From Candidatus Jordarchaeia archaeon (lineage in GTDB: Archaea > Asgardarchaeota > Jordiarchaeia > Jordiarchaeales > Jordiarchaeaceae): a stretch of DNA of 49,933 bases. A program made the position numbers and the translations under genes. The stretch lies in the NCBI GenBank assembly GCA_029856435.1, contig JAHQXB010000114.1, positions 1-49,933 of the forward strand, given 5' to 3'. How positions within the stretch are numbered: position 1 is the first letter of the stretch; each line of letters starts with the position of its first letter. Shown here one piece after another: positions 28,348 through 38,141 of the stretch. The notes below the pieces were generated by a model. That model had not been told where the DNA came from. It worked only from the letters and a program-made list of their open reading frames with translations, and did no database searches.

Positions 28348-28938
28348 TTAGTCTTGGTTGTCAATCTTGTTGGTTCCCCATCTCTGATAGAGGTTATGTT
28401 CTAGTTTTAGTACGTCTAAAATTTTTCCAACTATAAAGTTTACTATTTCTTCTAAACTTTTAGGTTTATGATAAAAGCCGGGCATGGCTGGGAGAATTAC
28501 AGCTCCCGACAATTTAGCCTTAAGGAGATTCTCTAGGTTAGCTAGGCTCAGTGGCGTTTCCCTAGGTACCAATATGAGGAGCCTATTTTCTTTTAAGGTG
28601 CAATTTGCAGCTCTTCGAATCAGATTGTCAGAATACCCATGTGCGATTGCTGCCAAAGTTGTCATGGAGCAGGGCACTATAACCATACCGTCTATGGGAA
28701 AAGAGCCACTAGCTATGCTTGCTGTTAAATCCGAGTTGTCGAAAGTTCTTGTTGCAAGTTTAGAAAAATCTTCGGGGGGTATCCCCAGCTCCAGTTCGAT
28801 TATCCGCTTCCCCGCTTCGGAAATAACGAGAAAAACTTCCACTTTTCGCTTTCTTAATTCTTTCAGGAAATTGTAGGCATAGGAAACTCCGCTTGCACCC
28901 GTAACTGCCACTATTAACCTCAAACAAAGACACCCCAA
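28348..28938 (-). CDS. ubiX: Flavin prenyltransferase UbiX
   Basis: VAVTGASG, ASIASGS, VPCSMTTLAAIAHG, PRETPL, PAMPGFY. True start probably TTG 28923. Confidence 0.96.
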   Translation of the reverse strand: MGCLCLRLIVAVTGASGVSYAYNFLKELRKRKVEVFLVISEAGKRIIELELGIPPEDFSKLATRTFDNSDLTASIASGSFPIDGMVIVPCSMTTLAAIAHGYSDNLIRRAANCTLKENRLLILVPRETPLSLANLENLLKAKLSGAVILPAMPGFYHKPKSLEEIVNFIVGKILDVLKLEHNLYQRWGTNKIDNQD

Positions 28939-28993
28939 AGTTAATTTAGCAAACTACACATATAAGTTTAATACAATAATTTAGTTGTAGCAT

Positions 28994-29719
28994 TTGGAGG
29001 AGAGCTCCGAAATGTCACATAAGTTAAGCGAATATGATTTAAACGCAAAAACTAAACCCAAGATGGAAGAAAAAATCAGTACCAAAAACAAGTACTACTT
29101 TCCAGCAAAAATTAGCAAGAATGATGCTGAAAGAATAGCGGAGTCTAAAAAAACCAGGGTTTTCGATAAAGGGAAAGGCCCTGTAAGTGTGGCTGCGGTG
29201 AGCCTTTTTTACGAGCCATTTATTCTAGCAGAAGGAAAAGCCGACCTAGACTACCTAAGAAAGAGGGATTTCGAGTTTTACTTTGATGAGACGGTACACA
29301 GCGCCAGAATAGGCGACACAATCGTTAAACCAGCAAAGGCGGACGTGGGAAAAAAAATCAAGATGCCAGGTGTGGAGAGAGTTAATCTCACAAGAGCCGC
29401 CAAGTGGTTATTTAACCCCATGGGAGGAGCGCAACCCTTAGAATCCATTCCAAGCACTGCAAAACAGGCTGCCACCGCAAGCTGGCTAAACCAGCATAAA
29501 AAAGAGATAGTAGACCCTTCAATAACTCCAGAAAAAATAATTAAAATGTTGAAGGATTCACTAGCAGCAAAACCCACCGATTCTAACAGGATGTTGAGTA
29601 CCAGTATCAAAATAGACCTGACCACTTACCTTATGCCTGCCTACTATGTTACATACAAGAGGGAAACAGAGAGCAAAGCCGCAAGAATTGATGGTGTTAG
29701 CGGAGAGATAACAGTTTAG
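28994..29719 (+). CDS. Hypothetical protein
   Basis: 241-aa ORF; GGAGG precedes ATG 29012; C-terminal MPAYYVTY...IDGVSGE. Confidence 0.7.
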   Translation: MEESSEMSHKLSEYDLNAKTKPKMEEKISTKNKYYFPAKISKNDAERIAESKKTRVFDKGKGPVSVAAVSLFYEPFILAEGKADLDYLRKRDFEFYFDETVHSARIGDTIVKPAKADVGKKIKMPGVERVNLTRAAKWLFNPMGGAQPLESIPSTAKQAATASWLNQHKKEIVDPSITPEKIIKMLKDSLAAKPTDSNRMLSTSIKIDLTTYLMPAYYVTYKRETESKAARIDGVSGEITV

Positions 29720-29770
29720 GCCTCACCAGTCAAAATTGCACAAATAGATTTTAGCAACATAATTGACTGA

Positions 29771-30367
29771 TTAAATTGTTAAAACCAGACTACACAGGGT
29801 TAGTGTTACTGCCACACTTATGGGATTGAGTAAATTATCATTTATTGGCGGAGTGAAGTAGTCTAGAGCTATGAAGACCACTGCAACAATTAGGGAAGTT
29901 AGTGGAAAAAATCCTTTGAAATAAAACATGGCTCCCAAAGTGATTAGAAAAGCGGTTACACCCCCTGCTATTAGGCCCTCAAAAGATTTCAAATTTCCTC
30001 TAGCTTCATAGTGGTGCCTTCCCCACTCATACCCTACAGTTGCTGCTGCGGCATCAGCAATTGCTGCCACCAAAACTGAGATTATCATTATATACGCTGG
30101 AAAAAGGAATATGAGGATAGTCGAAGCTAAAACAAAATAGAAGTATGCTGCAACTCTATTTTTTTCGTCTGGCTTAATTATTCTAGAAACCATAATATTT
30201 AGCGGGAAATTTGGGTCTCTCAGCCTCCAAACCTCAACAATCGCAAATAATACGAGAGTTGAGATAGAGAGTATGGCTGCTGGTAGCCAGCCAGCCCCCA
30301 AATATATGACGGCAAAAATGAGGGCTAGCATGTGAAAGGTTTTTCTGCGTAAGTTTCTAATGTTCAC
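29771..30367 (-). CDS. Dolichol/phytol kinase-like membrane protein (CTP-dependent)
   Basis: RRKTFHM, ADAAAATVG, KSFEG, DNL motifs. Confidence 0.85.
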   Translation of the reverse strand: MNIRNLRRKTFHMLALIFAVIYLGAGWLPAAILSISTLVLFAIVEVWRLRDPNFPLNIMVSRIIKPDEKNRVAAYFYFVLASTILIFLFPAYIMIISVLVAAIADAAAATVGYEWGRHHYEARGNLKSFEGLIAGGVTAFLITLGAMFYFKGFFPLTSLIVAVVFIALDYFTPPINDNLLNPISVAVTLTLCSLVLTI

Positions 30368-30699
30368 TCTTAATACCCCACATCACTAAGGGCTTTTCAC
30401 ATTTGAGGGTATTTATGCCTATCGAATTAACTGATGGTTCTTCACGACAATATGTTTAAGCCCAAAATAAATTCGTTGCTTAACGAATATTATTTTCATA
30501 TATTAATAAAAATTAATTTTACTGAATATAAAAATCAGTATTGAACTAATATATTAAATATTTTATATGTATATATAGGGTGTTAACAGGATTTTAGAAG
30601 CGAAAAAGAGCATTATAAGTTAAAAATATAACTTTTAAAAACCATATAGGAATAGCAATCATTGCAAAGGATGCTTTAAAGAAGGGAGGTATAATAAAC

Positions 30700-31011
30700 T
30701 TGCATAAAGAGGAGAAAGCTCGTGAACACAGCAAAGAAGAATACTTAGAAGTAAAAAAGAGTTTAACTCCCACACCCAAAGAACCCCTAGAACTTACAGA
30801 AGAAGAATTAACCCTATTAAGCATAATTGGGAAGGGAAGAAAAATATTTGAAAACCTGTATGTGGAGTTCAACGCCCCCCGAAAGGCGATTGGAAAACCA
30901 CCATTATCAAGAGAGGAACTACACAAAATTTTGGAAGAGCTGAAAAACAAGGAACTTGTAAATCTCACAGAGGTGTGGAGCACCACGGATAAAGCTGAAA
31001 AGTATCTATAG
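30700..31011 (+). CDS. Small hypothetical protein, winged-helix-like
   Basis: GGAGGT before TTG 30700; LSREELHKILEELKNKELV...W...TDKA pattern. Confidence 0.6.
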   Translation: MHKEEKAREHSKEEYLEVKKSLTPTPKEPLELTEEELTLLSIIGKGRKIFENLYVEFNAPRKAIGKPPLSREELHKILEELKNKELVNLTEVWSTTDKAEKYL

Positions 31012-31151
31012 TTTTGTATTCATGCGTCTGTGATAGAAAAACAAATCTGGGAATTAAAAATAGATGTACTTATTCGAGTTAATATACTGCATTTATTACT
31101 TTTAGCTCAAATAGGTATCCTATATTACCCCTTTTTGAATGAAGTTCATCA

Positions 31152-31694
31152 TTATTTCTCGCTCTTGTACGATTTTTTAAAGTAATATTCTAGTGTTCTC
31201 TCTACAGCCTCTTTAGCTGATATTTTGCCCTTCTTCAATTCGTTAAAAATTTGCTCTGTCTCATTTTGGTATTCGATTTCCACTCCTCCCTTCCTACCAA
31301 CTATTTCGTCAAGTTTAGGCAGAAACTCTTGAAAGGCCCCCCGCTCTCCATTCCACCATTGGAGGGAACCATAAGACTGGGTGAAAGCATCTCGAATATC
31401 TTTGAGAACATTTACTACATCATCATTAGTGTCACAGTAAGATACAACTATAAGGTGTTCAGAAGGGAGGGAAACAAATTTTTTATCCCCAAAAATGATA
31501 CTTTCTAAATCCTTTCCACTAATGTTTTTTCCAAAATCACTAAGCGCGCTTAAGAATCCAGAAACCAAATTCTCGTCCGCTTCCAAACTTCCATACTTCC
31601 TATGAAACACACAAAGCCCGTCACGGCGCAAAATATAGATGTTATGAATCATTAAAGGAGCCTCTCTCCTCAATTTTCGTTGAAAAAATTTCAA
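31152..31694 (-). CDS. Longin-like domain protein
   Basis: IHNIYIL..DGLCVFHRKY...LVSGFLSAL..F...DLESI...WNG....F..F pattern of archaeal longin domains. Confidence 0.8.
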   Translation of the reverse strand: MKFFQRKLRREAPLMIHNIYILRRDGLCVFHRKYGSLEADENLVSGFLSALSDFGKNISGKDLESIIFGDKKFVSLPSEHLIVVSYCDTNDDVVNVLKDIRDAFTQSYGSLQWWNGERGAFQEFLPKLDEIVGRKGGVEIEYQNETEQIFNELKKGKISAKEAVERTLEYYFKKSYKSEK

Positions 31695-31961
31695 TTACCT
31701 TCCAATAACGAGTATTTTGTCTACATATTTACCATCTTCGTATTAATAACCTTTTTTCTGTAGCACCAAAAATTCTAGTTTTTAGGAGACACCCCTCTTT
31801 ACACCATTTCCAGCGATTAAAGCTCGAGCCTTCACGCCAACATTTTGCAGCAAGTTAAATTGAGGATGTATCCTAAATTTTTAAACAGAAAGGGTTGGAG
31901 ATTCAATTTCCCTCTAGGTGCACTTAAATTGGTGAAAACACCATTTGAAAAAGTTATTAAT

Positions 31962-32057
31962 TGGTAGCAAGGAGCGGATTCGAACCGCTGTCCAGGACTA
32001 TCTCCTACTCATCAGAGCTCCAGAGGCCCCGATGCTTGACCACTACACCACCTTGCT
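31962..32057 (-). tRNA. tRNA-Gln(CUG) with a 20-nt intron at 37/38 (32000-32019) and encoded CCA
   Basis: Acceptor AGCAAGG/CCUUGCU (A1-U72, typical of archaeal tRNA-Gln), T arm AGCGG-UUCGAAU-CCGCU, anticodon stem GGGGC/GUCCU, anticodon at 32023-32021. Confidence 0.96.
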
Positions 32058-32215
32058 AAAATACTTTCTGCATTTTGCTAATTATCTTTACAAGGTTAAA
32101 AAACTTTCGAGGCTGCAAAACAACACACGAATGAAGATTTTAGGAGGAAAAATGAGTGAACCAAAAATTTAAAATTTTTCTACAACATCACCCCTTTCAA
32201 GGGAGTAGAAACCAT

Positions 32216-33166
32216 TTGCAGAATACTGGCGAATTTTTTTCTTTGGTTCAGCAATGTGCTACACTGGCCGTGCTGTTAGAGGTTAGTGGTTACCCCAAGC
32301 CAGGGAACGTGCATCGCACCCGTGATACGCCCAAAACCCGCTATGAACACTTTCTGGCTGGCGCGGTGGCCATTAGTCCAAGTGTGGGGAATGCGGCTCT
32401 AAGCGGGTATCGAATATATTTGGGGGAGATAAATATCAAAGAAGCCAGTGTGGGGCAACACATTCTAAGAGCGGTCATAGATACGTCAAATTGGCAACTT
32501 GGGGGGAACGTCAATCTTGGAACTATCCTCCTTTTTATTCCTCTGGCGGTGGCTGCAGGGATGGCACATCCTTGTGGTAAAATTGTTTCAAGCAAGCTCA
32601 GGGAAAATGTTAGAAAGGTTATGGAAAACACTACAGCTAATGATACATTAGCCGTTTATGAAGCGATTGGCATCGCTAATCCGGGGGGGTTAGGCAAGGT
32701 GGAAAAGTATGATGTTACAAATGAAGTGTCAAAATCTTTAATTAGGGCGAAAGGCGTGACTCTGCAGGATGTTTTTAGGATAAGCGCTGGTTGGGACAAT
32801 ATTAGTAAGGAGTGGGTAACTGGTATGGAGATTACCTTTGAGGTTGGTTATCCAGCGTTCTTAAGGGTTTATAATGAGTTTAGGGATGTAAACACAGCTA
32901 CTGTACACACTTTCCTAGAAATATTGTCAAAAAATCCCGACTCTCTTATTCAGAGGAAAATGAGTAAGGAGAAGGCGTTGGAGATTAGCAAGGCAGCCGA
33001 GGAGATTCTTAAACAGGGCGGTTTGATGAGTGAAAAGGGAAGGGCTATGTGCTGGAAACTTGATGAAAAATTACACAGATTTAAGGGTAAGCTTAACCCC
33101 GGTACAACCGCTGATCTTACTGCTTCTTCAATCTTTGTAGCTTTGCTGGAAGGATTCCGGTTCTAA
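32216..33166 (+). CDS. citG: Triphosphoribosyl-dephospho-CoA synthase (archaeal CitG family)
   Basis: LEVSGYPKPGNVHR, NVNLGTILL, PDSLIQRK, NPGTTADL. TTG 32216 follows GGGAG. Confidence 0.9.
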   Translation: MQNTGEFFSLVQQCATLAVLLEVSGYPKPGNVHRTRDTPKTRYEHFLAGAVAISPSVGNAALSGYRIYLGEINIKEASVGQHILRAVIDTSNWQLGGNVNLGTILLFIPLAVAAGMAHPCGKIVSSKLRENVRKVMENTTANDTLAVYEAIGIANPGGLGKVEKYDVTNEVSKSLIRAKGVTLQDVFRISAGWDNISKEWVTGMEITFEVGYPAFLRVYNEFRDVNTATVHTFLEILSKNPDSLIQRKMSKEKALEISKAAEEILKQGGLMSEKGRAMCWKLDEKLHRFKGKLNPGTTADLTASSIFVALLEGFRF

Positions 33167-33323
33167 ACAAAAAAACTAAGTTTTCGGAAAATTTGGGCTA
33201 AAAGGTTTTCACATATAAATGGTGGCTTGTAGCAGGGTGGTAAAATTTTTGCTATTTTTCCGATAAGTTATTTATTTGCCAAATTTACTTACTTTATGTA
33301 AGGGTTTTTGAGGAAGATTAAAT

Positions 33324-34556
33324 ATGGTCTCAGGAGTCTTTGTCCTCAACTTTGTGGGAAAGAATGTTTCAGTTGTTGCTTCAATAATTCACGCCGGCGA
33401 CGTTACTGAAAAGGATATTCTAGATATTTTTTCCAAGGAAGAAATTGAATGTGGAACTATAGGTCTCTTTTCTAGAGGCAAAGATAAAATATTATACTAT
33501 GCCACCGCTGAGGATGATGGTAAATATCTTCTAGGCATAATACTAGGTTCAGAGATAGATCATGCACTATTCGAAACGCCACTGAGGGAAGAGGCTAAGC
33601 TTTTATTGCATAGGGACGGAGTGAAAAATCTTTCTTCTAATCTGAAACCGGGCTATCAAAATATAATTAGGAGAGCCATGAAAAGTATCGAGGAGAGAAT
33701 CTCAGAGATATACAAGGATAAGGAAGAAGCACGTAGAAAAATTATTAGCTTGGAGGAAAAATTAAAAAATCTATACAGCGAAGAAAAACAACTGCTGCTA
33801 GAATTGGAAAAAGGAGAAGAGACGGATACAATCATCAGAAAAATTGAAACCATAATATTAAACCAGAAAGAGCTGGAAGAACTCATTAAAGAGCAGAAAA
33901 ATATTGAAAAGATATTTGAGGAAAAATTCTCCAATCTCAAAAGCGAACTAGCAAAACTGCATGCAGTAAATAGCCAGATTCCCGAATTCACTCTCCAACA
34001 ACCACCAGCGGAAGCCCTAGAAGAGGCAGAACCTGAACCTTTGGTAGAGTCCACAAGTTCCGAAATTTCAAATTTAATGAAAAAATTGGAAGCTCTATCA
34101 CATATACAATCAACTCTAAAAACCGAATTGGTTTCTGATGAAGGGCAAACCGCTTTGGTTCCAGAAACTATACCTGCATATAGTGAAATGAGTGAGCAGG
34201 TGATAGAATCCGTTGCTTCAGGAGCACCTCCAGGTACAACTCTGGAAAGAGAAGAAAAGGCTACAATGTCTGACATTCTTGTAGAAATGGTCGGTGAAGT
34301 GAAAGCTGCAATTTTGGAGTACCTATTCTGGATAAGGAAACCCAAAACAATCATTGAGATTTCGCAAGACCTCGAAACCACTGCCCAAATGATAATAGAA
34401 AACGCTGAGGATTTGGTGAACCAGGGGTATGCATGTAAATTATCCAAAAAGAATACAAAGGAAGTCTACTTAACAGTATGCCCCAATTGCCCGTTACAAT
34501 CCAGATGCCAAAAAGAACGAGCAATCAATTGGGATCAAATAGCACACAAAAAATAA
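33324..34556 (+). CDS. Hypothetical multidomain protein: alpha/beta N-terminus, long coiled coil, acidic linker, winged helix, CPxC-x4-C
   Basis: 410-aa ORF; heptads at about residues 110-215; KTIIEISQDL...LVNQGY winged-helix pattern; CPNCPLQSRC. Confidence 0.75.
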   Translation: MVSGVFVLNFVGKNVSVVASIIHAGDVTEKDILDIFSKEEIECGTIGLFSRGKDKILYYATAEDDGKYLLGIILGSEIDHALFETPLREEAKLLLHRDGVKNLSSNLKPGYQNIIRRAMKSIEERISEIYKDKEEARRKIISLEEKLKNLYSEEKQLLLELEKGEETDTIIRKIETIILNQKELEELIKEQKNIEKIFEEKFSNLKSELAKLHAVNSQIPEFTLQQPPAEALEEAEPEPLVESTSSEISNLMKKLEALSHIQSTLKTELVSDEGQTALVPETIPAYSEMSEQVIESVASGAPPGTTLEREEKATMSDILVEMVGEVKAAILEYLFWIRKPKTIIEISQDLETTAQMIIENAEDLVNQGYACKLSKKNTKEVYLTVCPNCPLQSRCQKERAINWDQIAHKK

Positions 34557-34693
34557 ATAGTCCCAAACCGTTTCAAATCCATTAGATTATTCACACTTAA
34601 CAATGTTGTTTCTAATGTTTCCATTTAACATTTTAAGGGGGAAACGCATTTTTAATAATTGAATCTTTAAAATTTCTATTACGGTAATTATGG

Positions 34694-35842
34694 ATGATTA
34701 AGATTATGTCTCGAATTCTCGAAAAACGTGAATTATGCGTTGGTTTGGTGCGTAGGTTAACTGAGGAGTTTGGCAGCTTTACAGTGCAAGATGTTATTTC
34801 TGAAACAGGGCTTCCAAGAAGTACTGTTCAAGATTGGATTAGAAGACTTTTGGATGAGCAACAGATTAACCAAGTGGAAAGCCCCAGCGGCCGTAAACCT
34901 GCCAGATACGCTTACAGAGCAAAATTAGGTTTGCCTTTTTCGGCCTGCAAAAGGATTTTCACCACACTAGACAAAGATCATGGAATTGGTGAAATTTATC
35001 ACCAATGCAGTAGCGAGGGAGCAGTTATGTTCTGTGCGTTTACTCACAAAAGGGCGGGAGGAGCCATAACTAGCACCAGATATGAGGGACTCATGCTAAG
35101 AGAACGATTTAAGCTGGGAGAAAAACCAACCGAGAAATTCGATAAACAGCTGGGAACCTCAGTTGTGGTTGAGAGGGTAGATTTACGCGGTGACGAAATT
35201 GTACAAACGTTAAAGGCTTATGGTGGACCAGCCCACTCATTAACTGAAACAATGAAAAACGCAAAAGGTGTTTTACGAGTAGAATTTGAGGATAAGGGAA
35301 ACTACACTGAGGGTAGAATCTTCACCAAGCCCTTGGAACATTTAACTTTGGGAATCGATGATACCGACACTGAGGAGGAAGGCGCCACATGGGCTTTATC
35401 CCTATCACTTTTAGATTACCTCGCTGAAAATGTAGAAAAAATTAGCCACAAAGTGGTGATGCTGAATCCCAACATTAAACACAAAACTGCGGGAAACGCG
35501 GTAAGCTTCATAGAAATCGCCACCGATCCCAAAAAATATCAGGAGATAGTTAATAGCAGTGTGGGCTTCCTTAAAAGAAGAACCCTTTCAGAAGATACTG
35601 CAATTGCAGTGCTCCGCGGACTAGAAATTCCAAGGGATCTGATAGACTTTGCTAACAAGGTTAGGGCAAGAGAAGTGGAAATTAGTGAAGCCTTAAAAGT
35701 TGCACAGAAATGTGGGATAGAAGTTTTTGAGGTAACTGGAAAAAGGGGTATTATAGGTGCTGTTGCAAGTCTAGCATTTTGGGAATCAAAACCCGATGTT
35801 TTAATGGATGCCAGCACAAATATCCAAAATATGCCCACTTAA
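34694..35842 (+). CDS. N-terminal HTH fused to a TiaS-N/methanogenesis marker 11-like domain
   Basis: TGLPRSTVQDWIRRL HTH; LGIDDTDTEEEGATW, LNPNIKHKTAGN, RGIIGAVA. Confidence 0.75.
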   Translation: MIKIMSRILEKRELCVGLVRRLTEEFGSFTVQDVISETGLPRSTVQDWIRRLLDEQQINQVESPSGRKPARYAYRAKLGLPFSACKRIFTTLDKDHGIGEIYHQCSSEGAVMFCAFTHKRAGGAITSTRYEGLMLRERFKLGEKPTEKFDKQLGTSVVVERVDLRGDEIVQTLKAYGGPAHSLTETMKNAKGVLRVEFEDKGNYTEGRIFTKPLEHLTLGIDDTDTEEEGATWALSLSLLDYLAENVEKISHKVVMLNPNIKHKTAGNAVSFIEIATDPKKYQEIVNSSVGFLKRRTLSEDTAIAVLRGLEIPRDLIDFANKVRAREVEISEALKVAQKCGIEVFEVTGKRGIIGAVASLAFWESKPDVLMDASTNIQNMPT

Positions 35843-35900
35843 ATTGTTATATATTTACAGGAGAGGATTAAAGCAAGTTGTCAAGAATATGGAAACTTAA

Positions 35901-36575
35901 TTAGTCTGGGGGTCTAACTATTCTTTTCCTTCTCCGGTACTTTGTTCTAATCTCCTTCTTCCTCTTAGCTAGTTCCTCCTCGTAGCTAACCATAGTTTTC
36001 TCTTTCATTTTTAAATAGTCCCTGAGCCATTTTATATCGGGAAATTCTGGAGGGGGAATTAAGAGTTCTTTTCCACAGTTTTGACAAATTCTATTGCCAA
36101 AAAGTACTTTACCACACTTGGGACAAAAACCGTGTTCCGGAAGAGTCCTACGCAACCTTAGAGTACCCCTAACATCAAAGAAAGCAAAGAATATGAAACC
36201 AATAGTAGCAACAATAGCCAACCAGACAATGGGTTCAGGAGTTTTTTTCTCCATCCAATCCATAACTGTAATCCACCAGTATTCTCCCATTAATGCTGAC
36301 AAAAAGTATGGTGGTTGTATTGACTGGAAACCCAAGATAGCTAAAGTTAAACTTGCCAAAAAACCAGTAACGTAAAGAAGAGAAAATTTCTTTATGCTGG
36401 TTCTCTGCTTTAACTCGTTGGCGCTGAGACATTCTATACATCTCTCGCCCACCAGCTTCTCCACCACCTCCAAGCAAAAATTACAAAAGTAACGTCCACA
36501 ATTAACACATTTCCCAACAGCAATTACCTCTGGGTGAAATGTACATTTCGGAAGTTTAACAGCCCTTGACACCAT
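35901..36575 (-). CDS. Membrane protein with B-box-like N-terminal Zn finger, 2 TM helices and a zinc ribbon
   Basis: CTFHP...CVNC...CNFC...CIEC; two hydrophobic segments; CPKC...CQNC; basic tail. Confidence 0.75.
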   Translation of the reverse strand: MVSRAVKLPKCTFHPEVIAVGKCVNCGRYFCNFCLEVVEKLVGERCIECLSANELKQRTSIKKFSLLYVTGFLASLTLAILGFQSIQPPYFLSALMGEYWWITVMDWMEKKTPEPIVWLAIVATIGFIFFAFFDVRGTLRLRRTLPEHGFCPKCGKVLFGNRICQNCGKELLIPPPEFPDIKWLRDYLKMKEKTMVSYEEELAKRKKEIRTKYRRRKRIVRPPD

Positions 36576-36831
36576 CGTATCTCCTCTATTTTACCAACCT
36601 CTCCTGTATGCTTATTCATTCCCCTTATAAAAAATATTCGGTAACCAAAAACACGTACCAAAGAGTCTTCAAACAAATCACCCTATTATTGGCAACTATA
36701 AATCGAAAAATGTAAAAAAATCTTTTAGCACAAAAAGGCAGTGGCTACCGAGAGAAGATAAGCAATTCGAATACCCCTTTTAACGATTTTTTGAAAGCAA
36801 AAGAGTAAAGCCACAACTTCACCACCCCTTC

Positions 36832-38141
36832 GCAAGGAAGCCCACTTTCTTTAGAGGTGGGAGGAATTGCGACCGCGATGTTTTTAAGCTGATTTTTGTC
36901 TGTTTGTTACGGGGACGCCTATGAGAAAGTGTTTGTCTCTAAGCATTCTTGAGCCTACAAAGGCTAAGGAAAAGTTGCTTAGAGATGCCTATATTTCCCT
37001 CCTCGGCATGGTTAAGGAGGCTCTCGGCTTCCTCGGCGAGGTTAAGTCGCAAGCTGAACTGCATAAAAAGACCTACTATTTGTTCAAGTATGATGCGGCA
37101 TCCCAGCTTATCATAAAGGCTGCAAGCTACGCATGGAGCATAAGAAAGACCATAAACGGCGACACATGTAGATGTGTTATCCGATTTGATGAGAGGCTTT
37201 TCAGTTTCAAAGAGACAAAGCGTGGCAATCCTGTCCTCAGCATCATTTTCAACCGCAGACGGATAGGGCTTCCGATAAAGCAGGATGGGGCGTATAAGAG
37301 ACTTCAGGAACACCTTAAGGAAGGCTGGAAAGTTACCAGCATCATCATGAAACAAGACCTCAGCTTTCGCATCATCCTCTCCAAAGAGCTACCAGAGCCA
37401 ATTATCAGGCCGAAATGGATGGGTGTAGACATAAACAGCTCCAAGATAGCCGCATCCATAATCGGCGGGGGGAGAGTTCTGAAACAAATCTACTTCGGAC
37501 AGGATGTTTTCGCCAAACAGTTCAGGTTTGAGGAAAGAAGAGCGAAGCTTCAAAGCTATAGAGATGAAGGCTCCAGCAGAGCTGGGCTTAAGCTCAAGAA
37601 GCTCAGCGGAAAACAGAGAAGCTATGTCCGCACGAGGATATGGCAGATAGCCAACGAAATTGTCAAACTTGCCAAAGGCCTTAACTCCAACATAGCCATA
37701 GAAAGGCTCAGGTATCTCAGAAAGCGTAAAGGAGAATGGAGTAAGAAGAGCGCCCATAAGGTTAACCGCATCCCCTATGGCTTCTTCAGACATGCCTTGA
37801 AACGCGTTGCCGAAAGGGAAGGCATAATGGTTATCGAAGTTAAATCCAGCTATACAAACCAGACCTGCTCGCGGTGCTGGTACATCGAAAATGAGAACTG
37901 GAGAGGCTACGTCTACTTTAAATGCGTCAAATGCGGCTACGAAGCCAATAGAGACCGAGTAGCAAGCCTTAACATCGCCCTCAGGGCGGCTCCAAAAGCA
38001 GGTGTCCCCAAATGCTATTTCTGGAGCCAGCTTGCTGAGGGGGAAGCTTCCCTCAGCAAGCTCGTCTTGAAGGATGAGGGGCATAGATGGCATCAAACCA
38101 CCCCGAGCTTCAAGCCCACGGATTTATCCGTGGTGGCTGAC
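36832..38141 (+). mobile_element. IS200/IS605-family element, tnpB-only (IS1341-like); left boundary approximate
   Basis: Matched subterminal hairpins AAGCCCAC-TTTC-TTTA-GAG-GTGGG (36838-36861) and AAGCCCAC-GGA-TTTA-TCC-GTGG (38112-38133). Probable right end TGAC at 38138-38141. No tnpA in the window. Confidence 0.7.

Noticed and set aside
30480-30600. AT-rich tract with a TACTGA/TCAGTA inverted repeat as a replication origin
   Set aside because: No ORB-like repeats and no orc1/cdc6 nearby. It is more simply a divergent promoter region, and the same applies to 38700-38810.
31945-32172. 75-aa ORF on the + strand
   Set aside because: It is the antisense of tRNA-Gln. Only its last six codons have their own SD (reported separately).
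32152-32216. Second BHB mRNA intron at the citG 5' end
   Set aside because: The stem is a continuous 7-bp helix with an 8x1 internal loop, with no paired 3-nt bulges around a 4-bp helix, and CitG already has a complete N-terminus from TTG 32216.
33656-34447. 263-aa antisense ORF
   Set aside because: Shadow of the E/K-rich coiled-coil gene on the + strand; S/F/I-rich with no motifs.
37389-38096. 235-aa antisense ORF within tnpB as a possible tnpA
   Set aside because: No HUH/Y1 or serine-recombinase motifs; it fully overlaps tnpB on the opposite strand.
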